Assembly: GCA_022425195.1 (NCBI GenBank)
Contig: JAKMFX010000019.1
Span: forward strand, 84,676 to 148,675
Origin: Flavobacteriales bacterium
Lineage (GTDB): Bacteria; Bacteroidota; Bacteroidia; Flavobacteriales; UBA7430
Direction of reading: 5' to 3'
DNA: 64,000 nt
The notes beneath the pieces are model-generated. The model ran no database searches and was not told the DNA's origin. It was given only the letters and a program-made list of their open reading frames with translations. Every line of letters starts with the position of its first letter. Position 1 is the first letter of the stretch. This document shows, in pieces, positions 1 through 9,969 of the stretch. Both the position numbers and the translations under genes were made by a program.

Positions 1-1
1 T

Positions 2-505
2 GATTTTGATTGGGCACAAGCTCAGTTGGATGTTCTCAAAAAATCAACGGCGAAATTAATCGCTAACAATGCAATGGAGTTGTCGCTTTTAATTCAAGAC
101 AATTTGAACCTGGACACCACCACCACCACCATGGAGATTTTCTCAAGAGCTGATCTGTTGATCTACCAGAACAAACTGGATGAAGCCTACAGCACACTTG
201 ATACCATCGTAATAGATTACCAGGGCCATAGCCTAGTCGATGAAGCTATATTTCGACAATACGAAATCAAAAGCCAACAAGGAGCGTATAAAGATGCAAG
301 TGAATTGTTAGATCAGATAATTACCTTCTACTCCTTCGATATATTAGCTGATGATGCTAAATTTGCCCAAGCGCAATTGCAAGAAATTCATTTTGAAAAT
401 CAAGAACAAGCTTCTGAGCTCTATCAAGAGATTATAAGCAAGCACCCAGATAGTTTTTACGTATCAGAATCACGAAAACGCTATCGAATTTTAAGAGGAG
501 AATAA
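2..505 (+). CDS. C-terminal fragment of a TPR-like helical-repeat protein (5' end lies upstream of the window)
   Basis: The frame is open from base 2 (DFDWAQAQLDVLKK...) to the stop at 505. Repeated A/Y/L-rich helical pattern (DEAYSTLDTIV, AKFAQAQLQEI, ASELYQEIISKHPDS). Confidence 0.5.
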   Translation, partial: DFDWAQAQLDVLKKSTAKLIANNAMELSLLIQDNLNLDTTTTTMEIFSRADLLIYQNKLDEAYSTLDTIVIDYQGHSLVDEAIFRQYEIKSQQGAYKDASELLDQIITFYSFDILADDAKFAQAQLQEIHFENQEQASELYQEIISKHPDSFYVSESRKRYRILRGE

Positions 506-507
506 CC

Positions 508-819
508 ATGATTATCTACAACGTTACATCAAACATCGAAGAGTCTATTGAGCAAGAATGGCTCAATTGGATGAAAGAGACCCACATCCCTGAGGTGATG
601 AAAACCCATATGTTTGTTTCTGCAAAAATGACCAAAGTTCTGGTGAAAGAAGAAATGGGCGGCGTTACTTATTCCGTGCAATACACCTGTGAGAGCATAG
701 CCAAGCTCGATGAATACCAAAAAATATACGCTCCGGAATTAAAAAGTGAATACGAAAAAAAGTATCGAGGGAAATATGTTGCTTTTAGAACCTTGTTGGA
801 AGTCATACAAGAATTTTAA
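508..819 (+). CDS. DUF4286-family small protein
   Basis: 103-aa ORF with an N-terminus (MIIYNVT...EWLNWMKETHIPEVM) like Bacteroidota DUF4286 proteins. It is tightly packed between neighbouring genes. Confidence 0.55.
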   Translation: MIIYNVTSNIEESIEQEWLNWMKETHIPEVMKTHMFVSAKMTKVLVKEEMGGVTYSVQYTCESIAKLDEYQKIYAPELKSEYEKKYRGKYVAFRTLLEVIQEF

Positions 820-1593
820 ATGAAAAAAGTACGTGCAAAAAAACACTTAGGTCAGCATTTTCTGAAAGACCTTTCCATAGCCAGAGCAATTGCCGATGGA
901 CTTAGTGGAGTGGGCTATGAAAATGTAATCGAAGTAGGTCCTGGTATGGGCGTATTGACCCAATATCTTTTACCCAAAGACTATACAACCCACGTGATTG
1001 AACTCGATCATGAATCCGTATTGTACCTGCAAGTCCAGTACCCTGAGTTAAGCCCAAGAATATACGCTGCGGATTTTTTACACCTTGACCTTAAAACTAT
1101 AACCCATGAGCGTTTTGCCCTCATCGGGAACTTCCCTTATAACATATCCTCACAAATACTTTTCAAGGCGCTCGAATGTAAAGATCAAATTCCTGAAGTG
1201 GTGGGCATGTTCCAAAAAGAAGTTGCAGAACGTGTGGCCAGTGGTCCTGGAAATAAAAAATACGGAATCATCTCAGTTTTACTTCAAGCTTACTATGATA
1301 TTGAATATCTATTTACCGTTCATGAAGATGTCTTTGACCCTCCCCCAAAAGTGAAATCGGGCGTCATTAGATTGAGAAGAAATACGAAAAAACAACTTGA
1401 TTGTAACGAGAAATTCTTTAAGCAAGTCGTCAAACAATCTTTCAGCCAACGAAGAAAAACACTCAGAAATTCTCTCAAACCCCTGATTGGAAAAAGCGGT
1501 TTCCAGGATCCTCTTCTTACCCTTCGTGCTGAACGGTTATCAGTAGAAGATTTTGTGTATCTTACCAATCAGCTTGAAAGCATACAGCCATGA
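820..1593 (+). CDS. rsmA: 16S rRNA (adenine1518/1519-N6)-dimethyltransferase
   Basis: KKHLGQHFL N-terminal motif, SAM-binding VIEVGPGMGVLT, and catalytic NFPYNISS motif. Confidence 0.92.
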   Translation: MKKVRAKKHLGQHFLKDLSIARAIADGLSGVGYENVIEVGPGMGVLTQYLLPKDYTTHVIELDHESVLYLQVQYPELSPRIYAADFLHLDLKTITHERFALIGNFPYNISSQILFKALECKDQIPEVVGMFQKEVAERVASGPGNKKYGIISVLLQAYYDIEYLFTVHEDVFDPPPKVKSGVIRLRRNTKKQLDCNEKFFKQVVKQSFSQRRKTLRNSLKPLIGKSGFQDPLLTLRAERLSVEDFVYLTNQLESIQP

Positions 1594-2939
1594 AGTTTGA
1601 TTTAACCAAAGAGTTTCTCCGTGAAATCACCGAAAAGCTCAACCGCCAAGAATATAAACAGGTAAAAAAAGAGCTCTCAGAATTACACAATGTAGACATC
1701 GCCGAGTTGATTGATGAACTCGATGATGACTATGGGAAGATTTTATTTGAACTTTTTGAGGACGAAGACTCGGCAGAGATACTTGTTGAACTCGACGACG
1801 AAAGTCGTGAGACGGTCTTAGAAGATCTGTCCTCTCAGGAGATTGCAGAAGACCTCATCGAAAACTTAGATTCAGATGATGCTGCTGATATTATTGCCGA
1901 CTTACCCTCTAAGAAAAAAGTAGAAGTTCTTTCACACATCGAAGACATTGATCATGCAAGTGATATTGTTGATCTTTTGGCCTATCCTGAAAATACAGCA
2001 GGGGGTCTAATGGCCAAAGAGCTGATTCGAGTGAATGAAAAATGGTCCGTTCTGCGATGCGTTCGTGAAATGCGAAAACAAGCTGAAGAAGTTGATAAAG
2101 TCTATGCCATTTATGTGGTGGATGACCACGATGTTTTACTCGGGACCTTGTCACTCAAAAAATTACTCTTGACTCCAGAAAAAACCCTCATCAAGAAGGT
2201 TTACAATGAAAAAGTGATTTCTGTAAAAGCCAATTACGACGATGAGGAAGTGGTTAACATCATGGACAAATATGACTTGGTCGTTCTTCCTGTAGTAGAC
2301 GACCTCAATCGACTCATTGGAAGAATTACGATTGACGACGTCGTGGATGTGATGAAAGAGGAAGCCATGGAAGATTACAACAAGGCTTCGGGGATCACAG
2401 AACAAGTAGATTCATCCGATAATATTGCAACGCTCACACGGGCTCGCTTACCTTGGCTACTCATTGGACTTGTAGGCGGTATTTTGGGTGCTCAAGTGAT
2501 GGGTATTTTTGACATCAAAAACCATATTGAATTGGCTTTCTTCATTCCTTTAATCGCCGCCATGGGGGGTAATGTAGGTGTGCAATCTGCAGCCATCATC
2601 GTTCAAGGTTTGGCGAGTAATAGCTTGGGCATGGACACCATCAGCCAACGATTATTGAAAGAGTTGGGGGTGGCTCTCTTAAATGGAATCATTTGTTCTG
2701 GGCTCATCATGCTCATTACATTCCTCATCGGTTATTCTAGCTCTATTTCTCTCACAGTAAGCATCTCAATGATGGCCGTCATTATTTTTGCAGCGCTCTT
2801 TGGGACTTTTGTTCCCCTTATTCTAGACCGATATAAAATTGACCCTGCATTAGCTACTGGGCCATTCATCACCACCGTAAATGATGTCTTAGGCCTATTT
2901 ATCTACTTCATGATTGGTAAATTATTTTTGGATCTCTAG
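1590..2939 (+). CDS. mgtE: Magnesium transporter MgtE
   Basis: Acidic MgtE_N region, a CBS-pair region, and a C-terminal TM domain with GGNVGVQS and PFITTVNDVLG motifs. Overlaps rsmA by 4 nt. Confidence 0.92.
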   Translation: MKFDLTKEFLREITEKLNRQEYKQVKKELSELHNVDIAELIDELDDDYGKILFELFEDEDSAEILVELDDESRETVLEDLSSQEIAEDLIENLDSDDAADIIADLPSKKKVEVLSHIEDIDHASDIVDLLAYPENTAGGLMAKELIRVNEKWSVLRCVREMRKQAEEVDKVYAIYVVDDHDVLLGTLSLKKLLLTPEKTLIKKVYNEKVISVKANYDDEEVVNIMDKYDLVVLPVVDDLNRLIGRITIDDVVDVMKEEAMEDYNKASGITEQVDSSDNIATLTRARLPWLLIGLVGGILGAQVMGIFDIKNHIELAFFIPLIAAMGGNVGVQSAAIIVQGLASNSLGMDTISQRLLKELGVALLNGIICSGLIMLITFLIGYSSSISLTVSISMMAVIIFAALFGTFVPLILDRYKIDPALATGPFITTVNDVLGLFIYFMIGKLFLDL

Positions 2940-2990
2940 GGCCATATAAGTCCAATATGATTAGCTAAAAAGGAAGTAAAAAAACGAAGT

Positions 2991-3929
2991 ATGAAGGTAT
3001 TATTTATTGATAGTGTTCACCCTATTCTAGAGAAACGTCTCAAAAGAATAGGTTTTACCTGCGAGCACGACTATACCTCAGATAGAGCACGTATCATTGA
3101 AAAGCTTCCCGACTTTGAGGGCATTGTCATTCGATCAAGAACAAAGGTCGATGAACAGTTCTTAGCAGCTGCAAAACACTTAAAATTTATCGCTCGATCA
3201 GGAGCAGGGCTCGAAAATATTGATCTTGATGCAGCAAAAAAAAGAGGCATTCATTTGTTTTCAGCTCCAGAGGGAAATCGACAAGCAGTAGGCGAACATG
3301 CGCTAGGAATGCTTCTTTCGCTTTTCAATAGATTATCCCTTGCCGATGAAGAAATCCGCTCCGGAAAATGGCAAAGAGAAGCAAACAGAGGGTTAGAGCT
3401 CTCTGGGAAAACCATTGGAATCATTGGTTACGGAAACATGGGGAAAGCCTTTGCTCAGTGCCTTTCTGGATTCGACTGTGAAGTCTTGGCCTACAGCTTA
3501 GAATCTGACATCTCGGATGATTACGCCATAGAATCCTCTCTAGAGGACATTCAGGATAAAGCTCAGATCATCAGCTTCCATACCCCTTATGATGATAGCA
3601 CGCATCATTATTTGGATGAATCCTTCGTTCAAAAAATGAGGCATCCTTTCTATGTGATCAATACCGCTCGAGGCAAAGTGGTTAAAACAAAGGCCTTAGT
3701 TGAAGGATTGAAGTCAAATAAAATACTCGGCGCCTGTTTGGACGTATTCGAGTATGAAAAATCGAGTTTCGAAAACCTCTTTGAAAAGGAAATGCCCGAA
3801 GACTTTAACCACCTTATTAATTCCCCAAAAGTTCTTTTGAGCCCACATGTGGCTGGATGGACCCACGAGTCCTATGAGAAACTCTCATCTGTATTGGCAG
3901 ATAAAATTGAGAAGACCTTCAAAAGCTAA
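2991..3929 (+). CDS. D-isomer-specific 2-hydroxyacid dehydrogenase (phosphoglycerate dehydrogenase-like)
   Basis: NAD-binding GIIGYGNMGKAF, INTARGKVV, and a C-terminal SPHVAGWT catalytic-His region. Confidence 0.8.
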   Translation: MKVLFIDSVHPILEKRLKRIGFTCEHDYTSDRARIIEKLPDFEGIVIRSRTKVDEQFLAAAKHLKFIARSGAGLENIDLDAAKKRGIHLFSAPEGNRQAVGEHALGMLLSLFNRLSLADEEIRSGKWQREANRGLELSGKTIGIIGYGNMGKAFAQCLSGFDCEVLAYSLESDISDDYAIESSLEDIQDKAQIISFHTPYDDSTHHYLDESFVQKMRHPFYVINTARGKVVKTKALVEGLKSNKILGACLDVFEYEKSSFENLFEKEMPEDFNHLINSPKVLLSPHVAGWTHESYEKLSSVLADKIEKTFKS

Positions 3930-3960
3930 TCCGGTCTAAATCTTGCGATAGAAACTACCT

Positions 3961-5094
3961 TCACAAGGTTCCTCTGAGAGCTTGCTCAGCTTCAATAGAC
4001 TCAAACAAAGCTTTGAAATTACCCTTTCCAAAAGATTGTGCCCCTTTGCGCTGGATGATCTCAAAGAACAGCGTTGGTCGATCTAAAACAGGCTTGGTAA
4101 AAATCTGTAATAGATAGCCTTCCTCATCTCGATCTACCAAAATTCTCAACTCCTTTAAGATCAATAGATTTTCGTCAATCTCTCCACACCGCTCCAATAC
4201 ACTGTCGTAATAGCTCCCTGGAACCTGAAGAAACTCAACACCACGAGCCCTCATCTGACTTACCGTCTCTATAATATCATCCGTAGCCACAGCTATGTGC
4301 TGACAACCGGCGCCCTTGTGGAAATCGAGATATTCTTCAATTTGAGAGCGTTTGGCACCATGAGCAGGCTCGTTAATCGGAAATTTTACACGACCATTCC
4401 CATTGCTCATGACCTTACTCATCAAAGCGGTATAGTGGGTTGAAATGTCCTTATCATCAAAGGTGATTAAGTTGGCAAAGCCCATCGTTTTGCGATAAAA
4501 TTCTGCCCATACATTCATTTCTTCCCAGCCGACGTTTGCCACCATATGGTCGATATGCTTTAAACCAATAGCATCGGGATTGAATGCAGAGGTCTGGGCT
4601 TCAAAACCCGGAAGAAAGGCCCCATGGTAATTTTTGCGCTCCACAAAAACATGCACCGTATCGCCATAAGCGTGGATTCCAGAACGAACCACCTCTCCGA
4701 ATGCATCCTTTTCGATAGTGGGTTCTAAATAAGGCTTTGCTCCTCTTTTGGTCGTTTCTTCAAAAGACTTTGTCGCATCATCTACCCATAGCGCGATGAC
4801 CTTTACGCCATCTCCATGTTGTTTGATATGCAATGATATTTCTCCTTCAGGAGTCATAGGGCTTGTCAAAACCAAACGTATCTTACCCTGCTGAAGCACA
4901 TAGGAAGTTCGGTCTCTAACACCTGTTTCTAATCCTTTATAAGCGACGCTTTGAAACCCAAAACAATTCTTATAATAAATTACAGCCTGCTTCGCATTGC
5001 CTACGTACATCTCTATGTAGTCGGTCCCTAGCAAAGGAAGGAAATCTTCAGCATGGGAAACGACTTTTTTCATTTCACTACTCATATTTATCAT
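3961..5094 (-). CDS. hppD: 4-hydroxyphenylpyruvate dioxygenase
   Basis: Two VOC-fold halves and the C-terminal signature FFEIIQRKGAQSFGKGNFKALFESIE. Adjacent to hmgA. Confidence 0.92.
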   Translation of the reverse strand: MINMSSEMKKVVSHAEDFLPLLGTDYIEMYVGNAKQAVIYYKNCFGFQSVAYKGLETGVRDRTSYVLQQGKIRLVLTSPMTPEGEISLHIKQHGDGVKVIALWVDDATKSFEETTKRGAKPYLEPTIEKDAFGEVVRSGIHAYGDTVHVFVERKNYHGAFLPGFEAQTSAFNPDAIGLKHIDHMVANVGWEEMNVWAEFYRKTMGFANLITFDDKDISTHYTALMSKVMSNGNGRVKFPINEPAHGAKRSQIEEYLDFHKGAGCQHIAVATDDIIETVSQMRARGVEFLQVPGSYYDSVLERCGEIDENLLILKELRILVDRDEEGYLLQIFTKPVLDRPTLFFEIIQRKGAQSFGKGNFKALFESIEAEQALRGTL

Positions 5095-5118
5095 CTATAA
5101 TTAAATTATTTACTGTTT

Positions 5119-6276
5119 TTATTCAAGCCACGACTTGAAGTAGTCTTTATCGCTCATATCTATGGCTGCACGAGTGCACTTTAATGGCTTAAAAGCATCA
5201 ATCATAACGGCCAATTCATGCGTTTCTTTTTGACCAATACTCCGCTCCATAACTCCCGGATGAGGTCCGTGAGGAATACCTGCAGGGTGTAGGGTAATGT
5301 CTCCTTGTTGGATGTGATTTCTACTCATGAAATCTCCAGCGACATAATACAATACTTCGTCTGACTGTAGATTGCTATGGTGATAGGGTGATGGCACTGC
5401 TTCGGGGTGATAATCGTATAGCCGAGGACAAAAAGAACAGATGACAAAACCCTTAGATTGAAACGTTTGATGAATCGGTGGAGGCATATGAACACGACCT
5501 GTAATGGGTTCAAAGTCTTGAATTGAAAAAGCGTAGGGGAAATTATAACCATCCCATCCCACCACATTGAAAGGGTGCGTGGCATAGATGAATTGGTGAA
5601 TCGTATGTTGCGCTTTTACCTTTATCAAAAAATCGCCTTTTTCATCGTAGCATTCCAGATGGTTTGGTCCCCTGATGTCTCTCTCGCAAAAGGGAGCATG
5701 CTCCATAAGTTGCCCAAAGGTATTTCTATATCGATTTGGAGTATATACGGGTTCCGTTGACTCTATAAGCAATAAACGATTGTGCTCTGTTTCAAAATCA
5801 ATTTGATAAATAATACCTCTGGGGATGACCAGGTAATCTCCGCTTGAAAAACTCACATTTCCCAGCATCGTGCGCAGTTTTCCATGACCCTTGTGAACGA
5901 AAATAACTTCGTCAGCAGCTGAGTTTTTATAGAAGTACGAGACCAGCGATCTTTTGGGTGCCGCCAAGGAAAGGCAACAATCAGTATTGAATAATAAAGG
6001 AGTTCTACTCTCTAAATAATCGTCTACTTCGGGCAGTTCAAAACCCTTAAATCGTTGAGATTTTATACTCTTCTCCTGAATGATTTCCGGAGTAACATCA
6101 ATAGATTCCAGAGCCTCTTTAATTTGAGTAGGGCGATTGACATGATACAACAAAGAGGACAATCCTGAGAAACCCTCCGTGCCAAATAATTGCTCGTAAT
6201 GGTATCCACCGTCCTCTCTCTTAAAAATCGTGTGTCGTTTGTGGGGAATAAGTCCCAATTTAGAATAGAATGGCAT
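5119..6276 (-). CDS. hmgA: Homogentisate 1,2-dioxygenase
   Basis: 385-aa cupin-type protein (YEQLFGTEGFSG, GDYLVIPRG, HHSN region). Co-directional with hppD, 24 nt downstream of it. Confidence 0.85.
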   Translation of the reverse strand: MPFYSKLGLIPHKRHTIFKREDGGYHYEQLFGTEGFSGLSSLLYHVNRPTQIKEALESIDVTPEIIQEKSIKSQRFKGFELPEVDDYLESRTPLLFNTDCCLSLAAPKRSLVSYFYKNSAADEVIFVHKGHGKLRTMLGNVSFSSGDYLVIPRGIIYQIDFETEHNRLLLIESTEPVYTPNRYRNTFGQLMEHAPFCERDIRGPNHLECYDEKGDFLIKVKAQHTIHQFIYATHPFNVVGWDGYNFPYAFSIQDFEPITGRVHMPPPIHQTFQSKGFVICSFCPRLYDYHPEAVPSPYHHSNLQSDEVLYYVAGDFMSRNHIQQGDITLHPAGIPHGPHPGVMERSIGQKETHELAVMIDAFKPLKCTRAAIDMSDKDYFKSWLE

Positions 6277-6492
6277 AATTCATGTTTTATGCAATCCTAA
6301 GGGGCTGAGTATTCAACTCAAATATAAGGCATTTCAACGAGATGATAACTACGTACTTTCCTATCGAATTTAAAGCATGAATTCGAAATATTTGGAAAAA
6401 TCTAAATAAGCGATAAGACCACTGAACAGCCCTATTACAAGTAAGCCAAATTTGTATATTTGTAGGATAGATATAATAATTTAATGTAATAA

Positions 6493-7446
6493 ATGACAAA
6501 AGACAAGATTCTAATCATAGGAGCTTCTGGACAAATTGGGACCGAATTGGTCATAAAATTAAGATCCATGTATGGAAATATAAATGTAATAGCATCTGAT
6601 GTTAAAAATGCATCTGATGAGGTGATGAAATCTGGACCGTATGAGGTGCTCGATGTTATGAATGAGTCTCGTTTACACGAAGTTGTCAAGAGGCACGGAA
6701 TTACGCAGATATATCTGCTTGCAGCTCTATTGTCTGCTACTGCAGAGAAAAATATGGAGCTCGGATGGGCTTTGAATATGCGTTCTCTATCTCATGTTTT
6801 AGATCAAGCTCGTTTTGGAAACGTTAAAAAGGTTTACTGGCCCAGTTCTATTGCTGTATTTGGTTCGACAACTCCACAAATCAACACCTCACAACACACC
6901 ATCATGGAGCCCAATACCGTTTATGGGATTACCAAACAAGCTGGAGAACGATGGTGTGAATATTACCATCAGAAATTTAATATCGATGTACGTAGCCTGC
7001 GATACCCGGGACTCATCAGTTGGAAAACACATCCTGGAGGAGGAACCACCGACTATGCCGTTCAGATCTTTCACCAAGCCTTAAAGGATGGAGAATATGA
7101 ATCTTTTCTCACTGAAGACACCACGCTGCCCATGATGTATATGCCCGATGCGGTTCGAGCCACCATTGAACTGATGGAGGCTCCCTCTGAAAACTTAAAA
7201 ATTCGCTCCTCGTATAATGTCGCAGGAATAAGTTTCAATCCCAAAGAAATTTCTGAAGCCATAAAAGCTTATATCCCAAAATTTAAAATAACTTACAACA
7301 CTGATGAACGTCAAGCAATTGCGAATACTTGGCCGAAATCTATAGACGATTCCGAAGCTCAAAAAGACTGGGGATGGAAACATCATTTCGACCTAGACGC
7401 CTTGACAAAAGACATGTTACTCAACTTAAAAAATAAATACAATTAA
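6493..7446 (+). CDS. NAD-dependent epimerase/dehydratase family protein (L-threonine 3-dehydrogenase-like)
   Basis: Rossmann motif ILIIGASGQIGTEL and SDR catalytic YGITK (YxxxK). Confidence 0.75.
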   Translation: MTKDKILIIGASGQIGTELVIKLRSMYGNINVIASDVKNASDEVMKSGPYEVLDVMNESRLHEVVKRHGITQIYLLAALLSATAEKNMELGWALNMRSLSHVLDQARFGNVKKVYWPSSIAVFGSTTPQINTSQHTIMEPNTVYGITKQAGERWCEYYHQKFNIDVRSLRYPGLISWKTHPGGGTTDYAVQIFHQALKDGEYESFLTEDTTLPMMYMPDAVRATIELMEAPSENLKIRSSYNVAGISFNPKEISEAIKAYIPKFKITYNTDERQAIANTWPKSIDDSEAQKDWGWKHHFDLDALTKDMLLNLKNKYN

Positions 7447-7464
7447 TAAAGAGATCCCCCAACC

Positions 7465-8928
7465 ATGCAACAGTTAAAGCTATATAATTCCTTAACCAGA
7501 AAGAAAGAGGTTTTTAAACCCATCATAAAAGATAGAGTTGGAATGTATGTCTGTGGTCCCACCGTATATGGAGATGCACACCTAGGACATGCACGCCCAG
7601 GAATTACATTTGATTTGGTATTTAGATACTTTCAATATCTAGGTTATAAAACTCGGTATGTACGAAACATCACCGACGTAGGGCATTTGGTCAATGATGC
7701 AGATGCAGGTGAAGATAAAATTGCAAAAAAAGCGCGACTGGAAGAGTTAGAGCCCATGGAGGTTGTTGCACATTATACCCGCAACTATCACCGAGATATG
7801 CATGCACTAAACACCTTACCCCCGAGTATTGAGCCCACCGCTACAGGGCACATCATTGAACAAATTCAAATGATTGAAAAGATACTTGACAATGGATATG
7901 CTTATGAAGTAGAAGGTAATGTATACTTCGATGTGGTTAAATACGATAAAGACCATACCTACGGAAAACTCTCCGGCAGAAATATCGAAGACATGATCTC
8001 GAACACTCGTGAACTCGATGGGCAGTCAGAAAAAAGAAATCCCGTAGATTTTGCACTTTGGAAAAAAGCGAAGCCAGAGCACATTATGAGATGGCCTTCA
8101 CCTTGGTCTGATGGATTCCCTGGTTGGCACTTAGAATGTTCGGCAATGAGCACCAAGTATCTAGGAAAACGATTTGACATTCACGGAGGGGGTATGGACC
8201 TCGTATTTCCGCACCACGAAGCTGAAATCGCACAATCATGTGCAAGTGATGGCGAGGATGCGGTGAACTACTGGATGCATAATAATATGATTACCATCAA
8301 CGGTCAGAAAATGGGGAAGTCGCTGGGTAACTTCATTACATTGAGTGAGTTTTTTGACGGTTCTCACAAAAGTTTAGAGCAAGCCTACAATCCCATGACG
8401 ATTCGCTTCTTTATTCTTCAAGCGCACTACCGGTCTACTGTAGACTTCTCAAATGAAGCTCTTAAAGGGGCTGAAAAAGGGATGACCAAATTGATGAATG
8501 CAATTGAAACACTAGAAAGCATTAAGCCTTCAAAAGATTCAAGCATAGACGTAGAGGAGTTCCGAACAAAATTCTATGAGGCCATCAATGATGATTTTAA
8601 CACCCCTATTTTAATTGCTCATCTGTTTGATGTGGTGAAGCAAATCAACACAATAGCATCTGGTAAAGGGAGTTTGACTGAGACCACAAAAAAAGACTTG
8701 ATGCAATTAATGTCTGACTTTTGTTTTGATATTTTGGGCTTAAAAAAGATAGAAGTCGCATCACAAAATGGCATGACTGACGAAGTCATGGAAGTCGTTT
8801 TAGGCCTCCGGAAATTGGCAAAAGAAAATAAAGATTGGACCGCGGCAGACTTGATTCGAGATGAATTGGCTAAACTAGACATTACCGTAACGGACTCCAA
8901 AGATGGAGCTACTTGGTCTAAAAAATAA
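7465..8928 (+). CDS. cysS: Cysteine--tRNA ligase
   Basis: Class I HIGH-type motif ([11 protein letters not shown]), KMSKS-type motif (KMGKSLGN), and WHLECS zinc-site region. Confidence 0.95.
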   Translation: MQQLKLYNSLTRKKEVFKPIIKDRVGMYVCGPTVYGDAHLGHARPGITFDLVFRYFQYLGYKTRYVRNITDVGHLVNDADAGEDKIAKKARLEELEPMEVVAHYTRNYHRDMHALNTLPPSIEPTATGHIIEQIQMIEKILDNGYAYEVEGNVYFDVVKYDKDHTYGKLSGRNIEDMISNTRELDGQSEKRNPVDFALWKKAKPEHIMRWPSPWSDGFPGWHLECSAMSTKYLGKRFDIHGGGMDLVFPHHEAEIAQSCASDGEDAVNYWMHNNMITINGQKMGKSLGNFITLSEFFDGSHKSLEQAYNPMTIRFFILQAHYRSTVDFSNEALKGAEKGMTKLMNAIETLESIKPSKDSSIDVEEFRTKFYEAINDDFNTPILIAHLFDVVKQINTIASGKGSLTETTKKDLMQLMSDFCFDILGLKKIEVASQNGMTDEVMEVVLGLRKLAKENKDWTAADLIRDELAKLDITVTDSKDGATWSKK

Positions 8929-8939
8929 CTACCATTCAC

Positions 8940-9920
8940 ATGAGAAAGCTATTGACAATCGCCTTAATCATTTTGTTTTGGAGTTGTGGAAACGAATCTA
9001 AAGTAAACAAAGAAGTCGAAGTACCTAAAAGGATAATTGAAGTGCCTTCTTTTAATGAAGATTCGGCCTACAGTTACATTGCCGAGCAAGTGGCTTTTGG
9101 ACCTAGAGTACCGAATTCGATGGCACATGAAGCCTGTGGCTTTTATTTAATTGATGCTTTAAGAGGTTTCTCTGACACGCTCATCGTCCAAGAAGCCGAG
9201 TTAACGGCATTCGATGGAAATGTATTAAAAGCCAAAAACATCATCGCTTCTTTTAAGCCCGAACGGGCAAAACGCGTCATGCTATGTGCTCACTGGGATA
9301 CACGCCCTTTTGCAGATCAAGATGAAAAAGATAAAAACAAACCCATTGACGGTGCAAATGACGGGGGTAGCGGTGTTGGCGTATTGTTAGAAATCGCCAG
9401 ACAGTTCTCCATTAAAAAACCCGATGTGGGTGTTGACATCATTCTTTTTGATGCAGAGGATTATGGACAACCTGATGAAAGCGAATATCCAAGAATGGAA
9501 CATTCCTATTGTCTGGGCTCTCAATATTGGGCACAAAACTTACACCGGCCCAACTACTTTGCGAAATACGGTATTTTGCTCGATATGGTAGGCGGAAAAG
9601 ACGCCGTTTTCACTCAAGAGCAGGTATCGGTAGCATATGCGCCGCAAGTGCTCAAAAAAGTTTGGAACACGGCATCTGAACTGGGTTATGGGAACCAATT
9701 CTCCTATGATAAAACACACCCGATTACCGATGACCACCTCTACATCAACATTTTAACGCAAGGAAGAGTTCCTACAATCGATATCATTGAACACGACCAG
9801 AACTCCAAAAATAAGTTTTACAAACATTGGCACACCCACGAAGATAAATTAGAGCATATTGATAAAAAAACACTCAAAGTGGTTGGCCAAACGGTGATGC
9901 ACGTCGTTTACAATGAATAA
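8940..9920 (+). CDS. M28-family metallopeptidase / glutaminyl-cyclase-like lipoprotein
   Basis: Lipobox-like signal (LFWSCGN). Metal-ligand motifs CAHWDTRP, DGANDGGSGVG and ILFDAEDYG. Confidence 0.7.
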   Translation: MRKLLTIALIILFWSCGNESKVNKEVEVPKRIIEVPSFNEDSAYSYIAEQVAFGPRVPNSMAHEACGFYLIDALRGFSDTLIVQEAELTAFDGNVLKAKNIIASFKPERAKRVMLCAHWDTRPFADQDEKDKNKPIDGANDGGSGVGVLLEIARQFSIKKPDVGVDIILFDAEDYGQPDESEYPRMEHSYCLGSQYWAQNLHRPNYFAKYGILLDMVGGKDAVFTQEQVSVAYAPQVLKKVWNTASELGYGNQFSYDKTHPITDDHLYINILTQGRVPTIDIIEHDQNSKNKFYKHWHTHEDKLEHIDKKTLKVVGQTVMHVVYNE

Positions 9921-9950
9921 AAAAAGCCCTCACAATGTGAGGGCTTTTTT
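9921..9950. terminator. Bidirectional intrinsic terminator between convergent genes
   Basis: AAAAAGCCCTCAcaatgTGAGGGCTTTTTT: an 8-bp GC-rich stem flanked by an A-run and a T-run. Confidence 0.8.
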
Positions 9951-9969
9951 ATCTTCTTCAAAAGTGAGA

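Noticed and set aside
116-130. (ACC)5 trinucleotide repeat encoding TTTTT in the first ORF.
   Set aside because: It is in-frame and short, so slippage would only change the Thr count. There is no evidence for phase variation.
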